NCBI GenBank assembly: GCA_030390025.1
Contig: CM059431.1
Location: forward strand, 114,330,001-114,394,000
DNA length: 64,000 nucleotides
From: Squalus acanthias
Taxonomy: Eukaryota
Direction: 5' to 3'
This document shows, piece after piece, positions 38,047-51,045 of this stretch. The position numbers and the translations under genes are program-made. Under the pieces are notes generated by a model. The model did not search any database. It was not told the origin of the DNA and was given only the letters and a program-made list of their open reading frames with translations. How positions within the stretch are numbered: position 1 is the stretch's first letter; each line of letters begins with the position of its first letter.

Positions 38047-39957
38047 AGATAATTGAGATTCCCAACTTTTAGTTTCCTACGTAAGGCTGCACGTCAAAAA
38101 AAAAGAGAAACAAAGAGAAAGATGCCAAGCTGACACACTGAGCAAAAGAATTCAATTCTTAATAAAGGCATTTCCTCATTTGTACCTCACTTAATATGCA
38201 GACACTTCAAAAAGAGCTCTAGATTCGATTTTTTTATATTCATTTCCGTTTTATGAAGCATTTTCCTCTAATGGAAAGTGATGATGACATCTTCAGCAGG
38301 ACTGGGTTGAAGCTGTTAGAGACAGCTGTAGTGTGAGGGAGCTGCAATGAGAAAACTCCTGGGTCAACCGTTGTGCGTACTGACAACTCACATCCATTGC
38401 CCTCTTGAGCTCAGTGACTGCTCTGTTCCCATTCCGAGCTCCTGATGAAATCATTGGCATCCGTCTTTTAACCACGAATATTAAAAGCACACCCAAAATA
38501 GACAGAATAATTGCAAAATCAGACAAAATGCTACCCAACGTCTCAAATGTTTAAAGTAGAAAGGATAATAAAATAGGCCCATTCTGTAAAACAACCCTGC
38601 ATTCATTTTTTTCTTAAATGGTTGGAGCCTAACTTCCTGTTGAGTCTTTTGTTTACTGTTCGGAGGATTGAAGTGTTTAATTACTGTATACTGTAATGTT
38701 GTAATGACAGCACGTGTATTCACAATTATCTTCAGGGAAAGATATTCACAGTCAGTTTAGTGGCTAACAGGTACTTGCATGAAAGCTCTGAGACTCCCAA
38801 AGGGTTCGGTGCTTGAGAAAGTGAGGATCTGGGTAAATAGCTTCTCTATGTCAAAACCGCTGCATGATGGTTTTATCTGAAGCATGCAGGTAACAGCTGG
38901 TGCGGGCACAATGCCAACGCTGACAGCCCATATGCTGTGCTTAGTACCATAATTATCTCCACACAAAACTTGGATCCCCAAGTCGCTTTCTACAATGGAA
39001 ATCACTCTGCGTTAACTGCGCTGCTCCATCATCAAGTTTCTTTGGCATCATAAAAGTTGGTGAAATACCGAACAGTCTTCTTAGAGATCCATCTGAACGT
39101 GTACTGTGACTGACAAGCAGATGGCCTATGCAGCCTCTGAGATCAACCTGCTCAGGTTTATGGCGTTGTCGATCTTTTGGTGTTATTCCCACAACATTGC
39201 TGTCTCTTCTTTTTAAATCCGCTTATCGAGTTACAATAATCTAACCCAGGAGATACAATTTTTCTTTGTAAAACTGTAAACAAAAAGTAGCAATTCAAAA
39301 GAATGAATCTTCATGACGTTTGCGCAAACTTGTGTACAAATCAACTTTCTTTTTTTACGAGTGGGGGGAGATAGAATTCAACAGCAGTCAAGAAATTGAT
39401 AGATATGAAAAAACCTGACCAAGTGAATAAGGAATATTTTATTAGAGTGTAAGCATAGATTAACTGAACAAAACCATTCAGAAACTGGAATTTACATCAA
39501 TATTTTTTTTAAATTTACAATCACGGTCTTAGGACCAGATATAGAAGCCATCATGTTGTAGTAAGGAATCTAGTGCAACATTGTTTTCGATAATTAGTTT
39601 GTTTAATATATAATGTATCAATGTAGCTAAGATAAAACTGAGGCAAGGCAGTAGCACAGTATGTTGCTACTGCAGCGAGTGAAGTGGAGGACAGATATCT
39701 GTGCCCACAATTCCCCACCTTGTGAGTCCTGATCTCGCCCAAAACGTTGGGAGAGAGGTGGGTAATGGGGCAAGTGTGCACTGAAACCAACTACAGCAGC
39801 AAAATAAAAGAAAGTGGAGGGAGTGTTACCAAGACCACTCACATGAACTTGCCACTGTGCAGCTCAACTCAACATTGGCATGACCCTGGAGGCAGGTGGC
39901 ATGATTGTACTCTTGACGAGGGAATGATGTCTGGTACGGAGAAGGAAGGAAATCATT

Positions 39958-41016
39958 GGCCCTGAAATTCACACAGAATCCCCACAGTTCAGATAGAGGC
40001 CATTTCGGCCCATCGAGCCTGCACTGACACATATATCCCACCCTATCCCCGTAACCCCACGTATTTAATCCCCCTAACACTAAGGGTCAATTTATCATAG
40101 CCAAATCAACCTAATCCGCACATCTTTGGACTGTGGGAGGAAACCGGAGCACCCGGAGGAAACCCACGCAGACACGGGGAGAATGTGCAAACTCCACACA
40201 GACAGTCACCCAAGGCCGGATTCGAACCCGGGTCCCTGGCGCTGTGAGGCAACAGTGCTAACCACTATGCCACTGTGTTGCCCATGTGGTCTCCATGACG
40301 GCGTACTCTCATAGAACACCGTCGTAATCCATTCGAAAGGCCCCGCAACTTCCGGATGCTCGAAATCCGGAACTTGCGATCTGTCAAGGTACGCATTGAC
40401 AGATTATCCGAACCACCTGAAAAATGAGTATTGCTGATGCAGAGTTGGGCTATTTGGCCAACAACTGCCCAGCAATTGCCCACACAACTCTTACAGCTGG
40501 TAAAAGCAGGCTTAGGGCCTGCTTGCATCAGCGTAAGGGTATATATAAGGCTTAAATAAAACATTTAAAAATCCAAAATTATGCACATACACTTTAAATT
40601 AGTTTATGCAAATATTAAGATGTTTAAAATTATTTATCAAAAATTAAAATTTTTATTCAGGTTGGTGCAATGAAGGAACTTATGAATAAATTTGCAATTC
40701 AGTACATTATTTCATTATTAAAATTCTGCACATTGTATGATTATTTGGGGATTCCATTGCATATCATGAGGGGATTCCCTTCGTATATGATTGCAATGGA
40801 ATACTCCTTTGTGATTGGAGGACCGGGCCCATGTGCTCCCAGGGACGCTTCCGAACCGCCTGCATCCCTGGGATCCGTGGACCTTTATGCTGCCATCCGC
40901 CTGGAGGCCCGAGACTGCAATTCTTCGCAGCCTGGGCGGCAGGAGGTACTTTCGGAATTATTTTGCGGGTCGGAGGCGTACTTCGGAGGTACGCCTCCAA
41001 CCGCAATTTCTAGGCC
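39958..41016. mobile_element. Harbinger-type MITE (same family as 2706-3465) carrying a nested V-SINE
   Basis: TIRs GGCCCTGAAATT...AATTTCTAGGCC and TSD ATT (39955-39957, 41017-41019). About 746 bp remains after removing the SINE. It shares the GGCCCAYGTGMTCCCAG motif. Confidence 0.85.
39971..40283 (-). mobile_element. HE1-like V-SINE with complete 5' head
   Basis: Minus-strand GGGCAACACAGTGGCATAGTGGTTAGCACTG...GGTTCGAATCC, with a body near-identical to 4170-4468 and a different 3' tail. Confidence 0.88.
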
Positions 41017-41551
41017 ATTATTTTAATTGGCAATAAATAATAAAAATTGATTTTCTGACATGAAAATTGTGCAAGCTGGGTGGGGTGGGAGGAGTTTGGG
41101 CAGAACTCAATTCTGCCGGGTTCCCGTCCCTTTCTGGCCGCGATGCAGAATTCCGCCTGGCCACTTGTGTCCTGATGTCATTGCAAGAGGCAAGACTAAG
41201 AGGATTGCATTCCTACCAGAGATTCGTATTGTCCCCCCTATTCTGCAGCCTACGTACAGCACGCCTGCATAAACCAAATTGAAGGCTTAAGTGGAGCCCA
41301 CAATTCCATTTTTCCCAGTGACAACAGATCTCAGAGCAATCGATTGCCATTGGAAAACTGCATCTAAAGGAAGGATGGTCTTCGGAGGGACAGTTCCTGC
41401 TTTGGCCAGTTTGGCCCGACCAGTCTGCCCCCCTCCAGCCCCGCCGACAGAGCAGCAAGGGGCCTCTCTGAAATTCTGGACACACAAGTGCCAAGATGCA
41501 CCCGTCACAGACCTCCACTGCTGACCCCGCCAAAGTTCATGGGTCAGTGTA

Positions 41552-42087
41552 GGTCCTGCAATTTAAATGATTTTGGTGGGCTAGCAGTGCATTTGGGGTT
41601 ATGACCATAAGTGCGCCCCCCGCCATATTGGGTAAGGACAAACAAGAGGTGTCCTTTACCCATGCCTGAAGTAGGCATTAGACCTTTTGTATATGCAAAT
41701 AAGAGGCCAAACGCCTTGCTTCTGGTCCCCGCTCCAACATTGGTTTGCCCTGAGGCAGCCTGCGCCATCATGTCCTGCACTCAGGGAAATCTACCCTAAA
41801 GATCGCCTGCATAAAAAAAAAGGTACATTACTTAGCTGTAAAGTACCATCCCGATCGCTGCCACTCCTGGCCCCCGAGATCCCAACCTCTAGGCCCTGGC
41901 TCCGACCCCTGATTGCTGTGCTCCTGGCCCTGACCTCCAGACTCCCTGACCCCTGATCTCCCTCCTCCTGCTGCCAGCCACCAATCCCTCCACCCACACC
42001 CCGCCCCCCTCCCCCACCACCACCGAGGCCCGTGATTGTATCACCCCCAACCCCCCTGCCCGAGGCCCCAAAATGGATTTCTAGGCC
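41552..42087. mobile_element. Probable decayed Harbinger-type MITE
   Basis: Ends GGTCCTGCAATTT...GATTTCTAGGCC and a GC-rich interior. No matching TSD. Confidence 0.45.
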
Positions 42088-45000
42088 AATAACTTTACTG
42101 TAAAACTGGCAGTTCAGAGCTACAATAATTAAGCCTGAAATCATCCAGCACCCCTTTCTATTATTGTGCTGGTTTGAACATCCCAGGCTGAGTATACCAG
42201 CCCTTTTATAGGCTAGTGAAGACATTCTTCCCCATATTCTGATGGATCTCCACATCTGTGTCACTTAATAGATTGCAGGGTAATAGATCACAGGGGAAAA
42301 CCATACATCGGTAAAACATTTCCCTCCCATGAAATAGTTTTACATCACGTGAATCAATTACACTCACATGGATCACTTAATAGGTCACGTGGAACAAGTA
42401 GAATTCATAGCTGCAATGAACTGGAATTTATTTAGAAACTTTCATAACACTCCGTGATGATACGTCTTTATGCTATATTTTAAAATATTCCAGAATCAAA
42501 GTAACTAACTGATACCACTCTTAGCAGCATTAGTAAAGAAGGCACCATAATAAAGAAACCCATTACAGATTTTAACAACACAAAACATGACTTTGTTGGG
42601 ACACTGCAATTTTTAATGTATTTGAGATAAAGCAGAATAATATTAAAGTCCAACACTATAACATAAATTCTATACAATTTCTTTTTAATTCTTTCAAAGA
42701 TGTGACAAAGAAATATTTTTTATAACTCTATACATTTCACATTGTGCAGCATTAGAACTTTGCAGGATTTAAAAAATAGATTACGTTACACAAAAGAAAA
42801 GGGGCTATTAGCTCGAAAAGGTCCTTCAGTCCTCAAAGCATTCACTAATTGTTATGTTAAATTTGCCCAAAATTGCAGCGGGGGCTGGACATGCGGCCTT
42901 AAGCCTAAGCCGCGCAATGTTGCGGTTAAGAATCGGACTCCTGTTTCCAGCTATTTTATCTTCATCTGGTGATCTTTCCACACTGCAAGCTACAAAAGAG
43001 AGCTGGTAATTAAAGGGTGGAGCAGGCTGAGGAAATTGTGGCAGAGATGAGATTTGTTGATGAACCAAAGTCCTCCTCCCCCTCCCTTCCTCCCTCCTCC
43101 TCTCGTTTTAAAGAGGTGTCACTGTTTTGTTGCAGAGAACATTAGGTGACATCCTATTCCTTAGCGTGCTGTTTAAAATCAGGATGAGCAATATTTAGCA
43201 CATGCTCAGGCAGCCTTGCTGGAGATTCCTTTTTCTCTGGTGTCCTGATGTGCCTTTGGGGGATGCTGTGCAGTTTGTAGTTTGTTTTCCTTTGTTTAAG
43301 GTTTCATCTATAGCTTTGACTAATGATTATATAGCTGCTCAGTCTCTTTCATGCTGAATTCAGTGGTAATGTTTCAGAAATATTTTTCCCCAGTGTGACA
43401 TAAGAAAGAACAGCGGTGGAGCCCTTACAAAAGCTTCTGCAGACAAGAAACCTGCTTTCAGATCAAGTAAACAAACTGCTTTAATAATATTGCATTATGC
43501 AAAGTTCTAAGTGGAGTTCTGACATTTTTTACGACTAAAAAGCATTAAATATACCTTAATGATGCATATCAGTATCTAAACCCATTATGCATCAATGCGG
43601 CTAAGTGGAGAGCTTAGATGATTTCTATTAAATAACACCACATGAAACCAATGTGTTAATTGAATTGCTGAATATCTAAGTATTATTGCTGTTAAATGAA
43701 ATTCTTGTTCAAAAGTAACAATCATAAACAAACCAGCTCTAATCCATGTTGACATGACATGTGCCAACTCACTGGGGTTTATTTTTATTCAGAAGGATAA
43801 GAGTTAAAGCTAAGGTGCTTGCTGAGCTTAATAAACCATTTGTTTTAATAATTCCAGAATAAGAACGTACGTTAATTTAGAATGACAACCCTGTACACTA
43901 TTCATCCCAGATAGCAGGAAAGTGCCCCCTTCAAATATTTTACCGAGAGAATAGTCTATATTTTAATTTTATTTTCAATCAGAAGGAGAACTATACAACA
44001 ATATATTGCCATCTCACTTTAATACGGTGTGTTGGTATGGATAGATTATGCCAATCATAGATTTTTCACATATTGTGTGGTAATTGCCATCTGCTAGGTA
44101 CAGATGCTAGATTTTGAGAGTCAGTGTAATTGAACAAGACATACAGTAATCTGGTGAGAAATCTGCAGCGCTCAGCTTTGGTAGTTACAGTAACAGCACA
44201 GGCTGTAAAGCACTTGATAAGGGAGAGTTAGAGCAAGGTGCTGGCCTCTGAGCGATAACCTCCTGACTTGCACATTATAGGTCTTTTCTGGTGGAATTGC
44301 GTTCTACATCTTACTCGATTGGCTATTGTCAGGAATGAGTAATGGATGCACCCTATGTGAATCCCCGGGCACAAGCCTTGGTACGTCAGGGCAACAGGGG
44401 CCTTGGCTTTAGGAGGCAGGGAAAACAGATAAACAAAAAGCTGCTAAAGATGCGGGGACCAGTGGGGTCACATCAAGTGACTAGTTTGAGCTCCACCAAC
44501 ATCATTAAATGACAACCCGGCTATAAAAACAAAAAAAACCTCATGAGTGACTGAGAACTCCACATAAATCACATGGTCCCATGGGTTTGGGTGAAACAGT
44601 AATCACATTGCGTGTTCAATCTAATGGCTCTGATAAACCCACAGCTATAGAAAAATGAGCTACGGATAACACCTTTACACTGACAACAATTTGCTAAACA
44701 GAGAAAGTAAATTTTGGTTACTCCAGATTAATGAATATACAGCAAATCTTGAGCCATTAAACACTCAGCTCTGATGTGCTGGGTGGAGCTGGCCTATTAA
44801 GCTTTTAAAAATAAGATTTACACAAAAGAATATAAGAGACAGAACATTATTTCTTTTGCTTCACCTCTTCTGAGCGACATAGCAATAGCATTATTTTGAT
44901 GTATGGAACTAGTGGCGCAGTTCGTAAAAACAACAGCATGCCTTATTTTCTCCCTTCCAATTGGCAACACAGGATCAGAGGATTTCCTCACTGCACTGCT

Positions 45001-45409
45001 TAAGAAATAATAGGAATAGACAAATCGACTTTAATGTTGCATGATAGTATTTATATCTTCTTTGGAAATGAACAACTCTTGGCCTGCTAGAATAACATCA
45101 ATTTGAATTCGCACTGGGGCGACACTGCTTCTCGTTTCCATGTCCTGCCTCTCAGCCGAATATTTGACCAACACTCCAATACAATGACAATAGTAGCAGT
45201 ATGAAAGCATGACAGAAGTATATTACAATCAGGAAGAGTCCATCAAACAGTGCATGATTTTGCATTGCACCACTGACTAAACTGTTCTAGTGCAGTGATA
45301 CAAAGTTCAGTTTTAGTAACATTATTCGTACCAATGCATAACAAAAATCAGATTTCTTCCTCAAACTCTTGTTTGATTGATGCATATTATCTGTGTGCTT
45401 GTTATCCTT

Positions 45410-47210
45410 GAAAAAGATTGGTGAAGTCAAGCGTAGGTCCCTTGCAGTCAGAATCAGAGGAACTTATAATGGGGAACAAAGAAATGGCAGACCAATTAAA
45501 TACATATTTTGGTTCTGTCTTCACAAAGGAGGACACAAATAACCTCCCAGAGATGTCGGGGAACATAGGGTCTGATGAAAGGGAGGAACTGAAAGAAATC
45601 AGTATTTGTAGGGAAATGGTGTTAGGGAAATTGGCGGGATTGAAGGTCGATAAAACCCAAGGGCCTGATAATCTACATCCTAGGGTACTTAAGGAAGTGG
45701 CCCTAGAAATAGTAGATGGAATCTGGAACAATACCCATGGATTGGAGGGTAGCTAATGTTACCCCACTATTCAAAAAAGGTGGTAGAGAGAAAATGGGGA
45801 ATTATAGACCGGTAAGCCTGACATCGGTAGTGGGGAAAATGCTAGAGTCCATTATAAAAGATGTAATAGCAGAGCACTTGGAAAACAGTGACAGGATCGG
45901 ACAAAGTCAACATGGATTTACAAAAGATAAATCGTGCTTGACTAATCTACTGGAATTTTTTGAGGATGTAACTGGGAAAATAGATAAGGGAGAACCAGTG
46001 GATGTGGTGTATTTGGACTTTCAAAAGGCTTTCGATAAGGTCCCGCATAAGAGATTAGCATGTAAAGTTAAGGCACATGGGATTGGGGGCAAGGTATTGA
46101 CTTGGATAGAGAACTGGTTGGCAGACAGAAAGCAAAGAGTTGGAATAAACGGGTCTTTTTCCGAGTGGCAGGCAGTGACTAGTGGGGTACCGCAGGGATC
46201 GGTCCTTGGACCCCAGCTATTCACAATATATATTAATGATCTAGACAAGGGAACTAGATGTAATATCTCCAAGTTTGCAGACGACACAAAGCTGGGTGGG
46301 CGTGTGTGCTGTGAGGAGGATGCCGAGAAACTCCAGGATGATTTAGACAGGTTGGGTGACTGGGCAGAAGCATGGCAGATGCAATATAACGTGGATAAAT
46401 GCGAGGTTATCCACTTTGGTGTCAAAAACAGGAAGGCAGATTATTATCTGAATGGCAATAGATTGGGAGAAGGGGAAGTGCACCGAGACCTGGGTGTCCT
46501 TGTGCACCAGTCGCTGAAGGTAAGCATGCAGGTGCAGCAGACGGTTAAGAAGGCAAATGGTATGTTGGCCTTCTTAGCGAGAGGGTTTGAGTACAGGAAC
46601 AAGGATGTCTTGCTGCAGTTGTACAGGGCCTTGGTGAGACCACATCTTGAGTATTGTGTGCAGTTTTGGTCGCCTTATCTGAGGAAGGAGGTTCTTGCCA
46701 TGGAAGGAGTTCAGCGAAGATTCACCAGGCTGATACCTGGGATGGCAGGAATGGCGTATGAGGAGAGATTGGGTCGATTGGGCTTATACTCGCTGGAGTT
46801 TAGAAGAATGAGAGGGGATCTCATTGAAACTTATAAAATTCTGAAAGGACTGGACAGACTAGATGCAGGAAGGATGTTCCCGATGGTCGGAGAGTCCAGA
46901 ACCAGGGGTCACAGTCTAAGGATAAGGGGTAAGCCATTTAGGACAGAAATGAGGAGGAATTTCTTCACCCAGAGAGTGGTGAACCTGTGGAATTCTCTAT
47001 CACAGAAGGCAGTAGAGGCCAATTCATTAAATATATTCAAGAAGGAGTTGGATATATTTCTTAAGGCTAAAGGGATCAAGGGATATGGGGAGAAAGCAGG
47101 GACAGGGTTCTGAATTTGGATGATCAGCCATGATCGCATTGAATGGCGGAGCAGGCTAGAGGGGCCGAATGGCCTACTCCTGCTCCTATCTTCTATGTTT
47201 CTATGTTTCT
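45410..47210 (+). mobile_element. 5'-truncated CR1 LINE with a 465-aa open RT segment
   Basis: ORF 45716..47113 contains [17 protein letters not shown] and KFADD. There is a small deletion/frameshift near 45718 and a (TTCTATGT)n tail. Confidence 0.95.
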
Positions 47211-47959
47211 GTGTATTTAATTTAATAAACTTCTCTCAGCTTTTAGTCAAAGGGTAATTTCTAATAAAACAAGATTCCTTACACTTATTTAACATAGTGG
47301 TATTGATACGCTATAGGAAAGTCACAATTAGCCAATAGGCTTTAGTGTTGTGGCAATATGCTTCCTAATAATTCACCTCAAATCACTCGCACAACTACCA
47401 CCAGTGACAGACATGTAACCACCAGTACTTCACCCTAGTGTTATACAGCTGAAAACACACACTGCAGAATCACCCAATTTTGAGGAGACCAAATCTATAA
47501 TTGCACCACTGAGTGTTTTCACAGTTTAAATGGGCACAGTATGGAAATTTCACTCGCCCACGATTATGCTTTACTGCATTAGGGTTAGGGTTAGAGTCTT
47601 AGTGACAACACTGCACTAAAGAATGTAAAAAATCTAAATTGCCATTGGCAATTTTAGTAGATGAACACTTAATGCATTCCTCTGTCCTCTATTTTAACGG
47701 AGGCATTATCAGTCCACTAATATCACTAACAGTAAGTTCCAGCCTACAGTGCTTGGGTAACTGAGTTAAAAGAACTCTTGTTAATAATGCAGCTTTAGTA
47801 ATACCTAAAGCGCCATTTTTAAATTTCATAGAAGTAAACTTAAAATGGCAGAAAAAGAAGTGATAATACTTTTTGTGTCACTGACTATTGAAAGCAGTGC
47901 TGACAATGACACTTGATCTTGAAAATTCACCTTTGAAAAAAAAATCAAGCAAAGAATTG

Positions 47960-48245
47960 GTATGGTGAATTCCCCCCACCCTATATCAATGTGCTGTCCA
48001 GGTCAATCCCTTGGTATGAATCAGCTTCCCTGGACAAAACTCTCAGTATGAATCAGGTGAATCCCCAATATAAATTGACCGCCTTGAGCAAATGCCTCTG
48101 TACAAATCGACTGCCAGAGATGAGTCACTGTATAAATCAGTTGTCTGGATAAATTGCATGTATAAATTTTCTGTTCAGGGTGAATCCCCTGTATAAATAA
48201 GCTTTTAGAGGATAGTTCCCACTGTAGAAATCAGCTGACTATGGT
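47960..48245 (+). repeat. Highly degenerate ~31-bp minisatellite (~8 units anchored on GTATRAATC)
   Basis: GTATGAATCA, ATATAAATTG, GTACAAATCG, GTATAAATCA, GTATAAATTT, GTATAAATAA and GTAGAAATCA recur, mostly 30-33 bp apart. Confidence 0.65.
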
Positions 48246-48439
48246 GGATCAGCCTTTAATGGTTTTTTTTGTCAAACTGCATTGTTTTTGAGTACTTTGT
48301 AAGTGATTCTTAGCAGATCATAGATTTTTTAGAAATATAAGTTGACTTGCTGAAAGGTTGACAATTAACTTCTGTACTGAATGTTTTTTCAAATTACAAA
48401 ATCTGTGCAATTATACTTCATCTATTGCTATTATCATCA

Positions 48440-48790
48440 CTGCTACTAAATTCCCACCCGTCAGCTCAGCTGCAAATGAATTCACTCCACTGTTGTCGGT
48501 TTTGACCTAGCCTAGCCGCCTCAGTCATCTGTATCCCTTTCGGTGACAAGTCACTCTTGACGCTGTCTATCCAGCACTTCCTTGATCTTCCTTGGCTTCT
48601 TGTTCCATGTACCTCTGTGTGCAGGGCCATGAAACATATCCCAGCTGTTTCCATTCTTGAAACGTGCCCAAGCCATCGCAGTCATCTTTCTTGGATCTTC
48701 AGTATAAGTTTCTTGTCTAAGACTTGTTCTTATTATATCATTCTTGATTCTTTGCATCCTTGATTCAATACTCCATCTAACATATGCAGA
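48440..48790 (-). mobile_element. RTE-clade LINE 3' fragment
   Basis: Frameshifted translation LRWLGHVSRME...HGTRSQGRSRKCWIDSVKSDL...QNRQQW, typical of the RTE ORF C-terminus. Confidence 0.75.
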
Positions 48791-49954
48791 AAGTATGTGC
48801 TGAAAATTTCAAATGCAATATTTATGATTTTAACTAAAGAATATTTAACATCATTCCCAATCATCCAGGAGCCATCCCCGCCTGGATTAGATGCTGTCAT
48901 TATCTATATTACTTGCTAGCAATACAAAGACACTTCCCTCTGTAGTGAAAGGGCCTTTGATATTTACTGCTGATCTGCATCCCTGGTGTGCAAGAGAGTT
49001 GAGAGAATGTGTTCTTTATATGGACAGAAGTGCCTCCATCTAATTAAAAAAAAATGAAATAAACATAATCCCTATTTAAAATAAAGAAGAATACGTGCAT
49101 CTATGTAGTCATTGAAGTGGCTTCACACAGTGAATTACTTTTGGAGTGCAGTGACTGTTGTTGTGTAGGCAGCAAAATCTTTTACCAAAGCTCTTCCACA
49201 ATATTTAATTTTAAAATTAATTATTTTTGTAATTGAACTGTGAGCTCGAGAAAATAAAGCTAACAGATTGTTTTCCTGAATCTTTGAATTCGATAAGCAT
49301 TACCATGGAAACAAACACTGTTGAGAAGTGCACTTTCTGGCAATCTCTCTATGTATTGACGGTGCCGTGTGATATCAGGACGCAGAGCTCATGATTGGTC
49401 AGGAGTGCTACGATGATTTATAAACCACGACAGAAACTTTTCTTCAAATGTCGGCGCAGTCCACATTTTAAATGAATATAGTGAGTCCCTACTGTACTCA
49501 TGGTGAGAGGGGAAGGGATCAGCAGTATTGCCTTTTATCTTTATACTCTGTCTGAATACATTTTTAATATGGAAAATCTTTATTTAAAATCGTTAGTTAT
49601 TTGGAGCCCCATTTTGAGTATGGACTCATTTGGAGTCCCTCACTCACCACACAGTTGCTTGATTGACAGCTTGCAGCTTTCAAGTGTAAAATCAAAGATT
49701 ACCACCAGAATCTCCCACCAGAACAAAAGCTGTGAAATTACATGAATATTTCTTAATTCATTTTTCTCTGGAAAAAAACATTTAAAGCTGTTACATATGA
49801 AGAAGTAATGAATATCTGGGAGTGAGTTGATGTCATTCAGGGTGGCAGATGGGTTTACTCAGATGTGAATGAAGGTAACAGACTTCACTGTGAATATTGT
49901 TGGCCAATGTGATCTGCTGATGATCAGTAGTGATGTCCATATGGAATGATTATA

Positions 49955-50484
49955 ATGTGTAATGCTCTCCTGGCCGGCCTCCCATTTTCTACCCTCTATA
50001 AACTTGAAATCATCCAAAACTCTGCTGCCCGTCTCCTAATTCGCACCAAGTCCCGTTCACCCATCACCCCTGTGCTCGCTGATCTATATTGGCTCCCGGT
50101 CCGGCAAGCCTCGATTTTACATTTCTTATCCTTGTTTTTCAAATCCCTCCATGGCCTCGTCTCTCCCTATCTCTGTAACACCCTCCAGCCCTACAACCCT
50201 CCGAGATCTTTGAACTCCTCCAATTCTGGCCTCTTCCGCATCCTCGATTTTAATCGCTCTACCATTGGCGGCCGTGCCTTCAGCTGCCTAAGCTCTGGAA
50301 TTCCCTCCCTAAACCTCTCTGCCTCTCTCTCCTCCTTTAAGATAATCTTTAAAACCTGCCTCACCTGTCCTAATAGCTCCTTATGTGGCTGGTTGTCAAA
50401 CTTTGTTTGCTAATCACTCCTGTGAAGCGCCATGGGACATTTTACTATGTTAAAGGTGCTATAGAAATGCAAGTTGTTGTTGTT
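49955..50484 (+). mobile_element. L2-clade LINE 3' fragment
   Basis: CNALLAGLP...IQNSAARLL...ITPVLADLYWLPV translation and a (TTG)n tail. Confidence 0.88.
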
Positions 50485-50585
50485 GACTGCAGCATTACCC
50501 AGTGATAATCAGCAGTTCATTATTGGAAAACAACACTATCTATTTTACTGGATTAAAAAATGTGTTGTTTAAAACTCACACCATT

Positions 50586-50690
50586 GGGCCGATCTTGACT
50601 AATAGAAATAAAAATTGGGGGGAGATGTAAAACGGGCTGCCGACTCGCTATCACCCGTTTTACACTATCGCACAAAGTCAAGATCTACCC
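50586..50690. mobile_element. ~105-bp mini-MITE
   Basis: TIRs GGGCCGATCTTGACT/AGTCAAGATCTACCC and an internal 11-bp stem TGTAAAACGGG/CCCGTTTTACA. Related copies lie at ~55848 and ~62030. Confidence 0.7.
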
Positions 50691-50730
50691 TGATGTGTTT
50701 ATTATGAAGCGGTTTAAGATGCTGTCATAC

Positions 50731-51045
50731 GCCTCTGATGGCTGAGTGAAAATAATGCCCTGTCAGGTGTGACACTGAGCTATACAAAACAAAATAGGCT
50801 CCGACTTCAATCACTGGTATGTGCAAAGTGTGCTGACCGCAACCAGGGCAACACTAAGGGAACTGCAAGTAGCCTCGATGATCCTGGGCTAGGGAGGGAA
50901 GAAACAGCGGCCTGTGCCCCTTCCAGTGGTCTTTGTGTTGGTGTAGTGTTGGACACTCAGTCTGACAACGTGACCCCCACAGCTGAATAGCCTGGCAGCC
51001 CCTAGTGCCCAGGTTCATACATGTATAATGGACACATAAACATAC
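50731..51045 (+). mobile_element. Ancient SINE relic, AmnSINE2-like
   Basis: Recalled similarity in CTGAGCTATAC...TTCAATCACTGGTATGTGC...GCTGA...CCTGGGCTAGGGAGGGAA. Not verified by search. Confidence 0.4.

Noticed and set aside
38757..39275. Coding-looking minus-strand ORFs after a TTTACAG acceptor
   Set aside because: All three frames stop within ~40 codons of the acceptor and I recognise no domain.
40200..40283. tRNA gene (also 4400-4468 and 35360-35433)
   Set aside because: Box A/B-like motifs are present but run directly into SINE bodies. I see no proper acceptor stem or poly-T terminator.
42480..42677. Hydrophobic minus-strand ORF (possible TM exon)
   Set aside because: T-rich composition explains the hydrophobicity, and there is no recognisable family or strong splice context.
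43000..43300. Possible promoter or enhancer with a CT-rich tract
   Set aside because: No CpG island or linked gene, so it cannot be supported from sequence alone.
46021..46425. Antisense ORFs inside CR1 copies (also 26480-27097 and 60160-60390)
   Set aside because: They are shadow frames of the RT ORF, shared only because the elements are paralogous.
45716..47113. Active or novel reverse transcriptase gene (also 25899..27407)
   Set aside because: These are ordinary 5'-truncated CR1 ORF2 segments lacking ORF1, the endonuclease N-terminus and a promoter.
47579..47594. Interstitial telomeric repeat TTAGGGTTAGGGTTAG
   Set aside because: Fewer than three units, too short to interpret.
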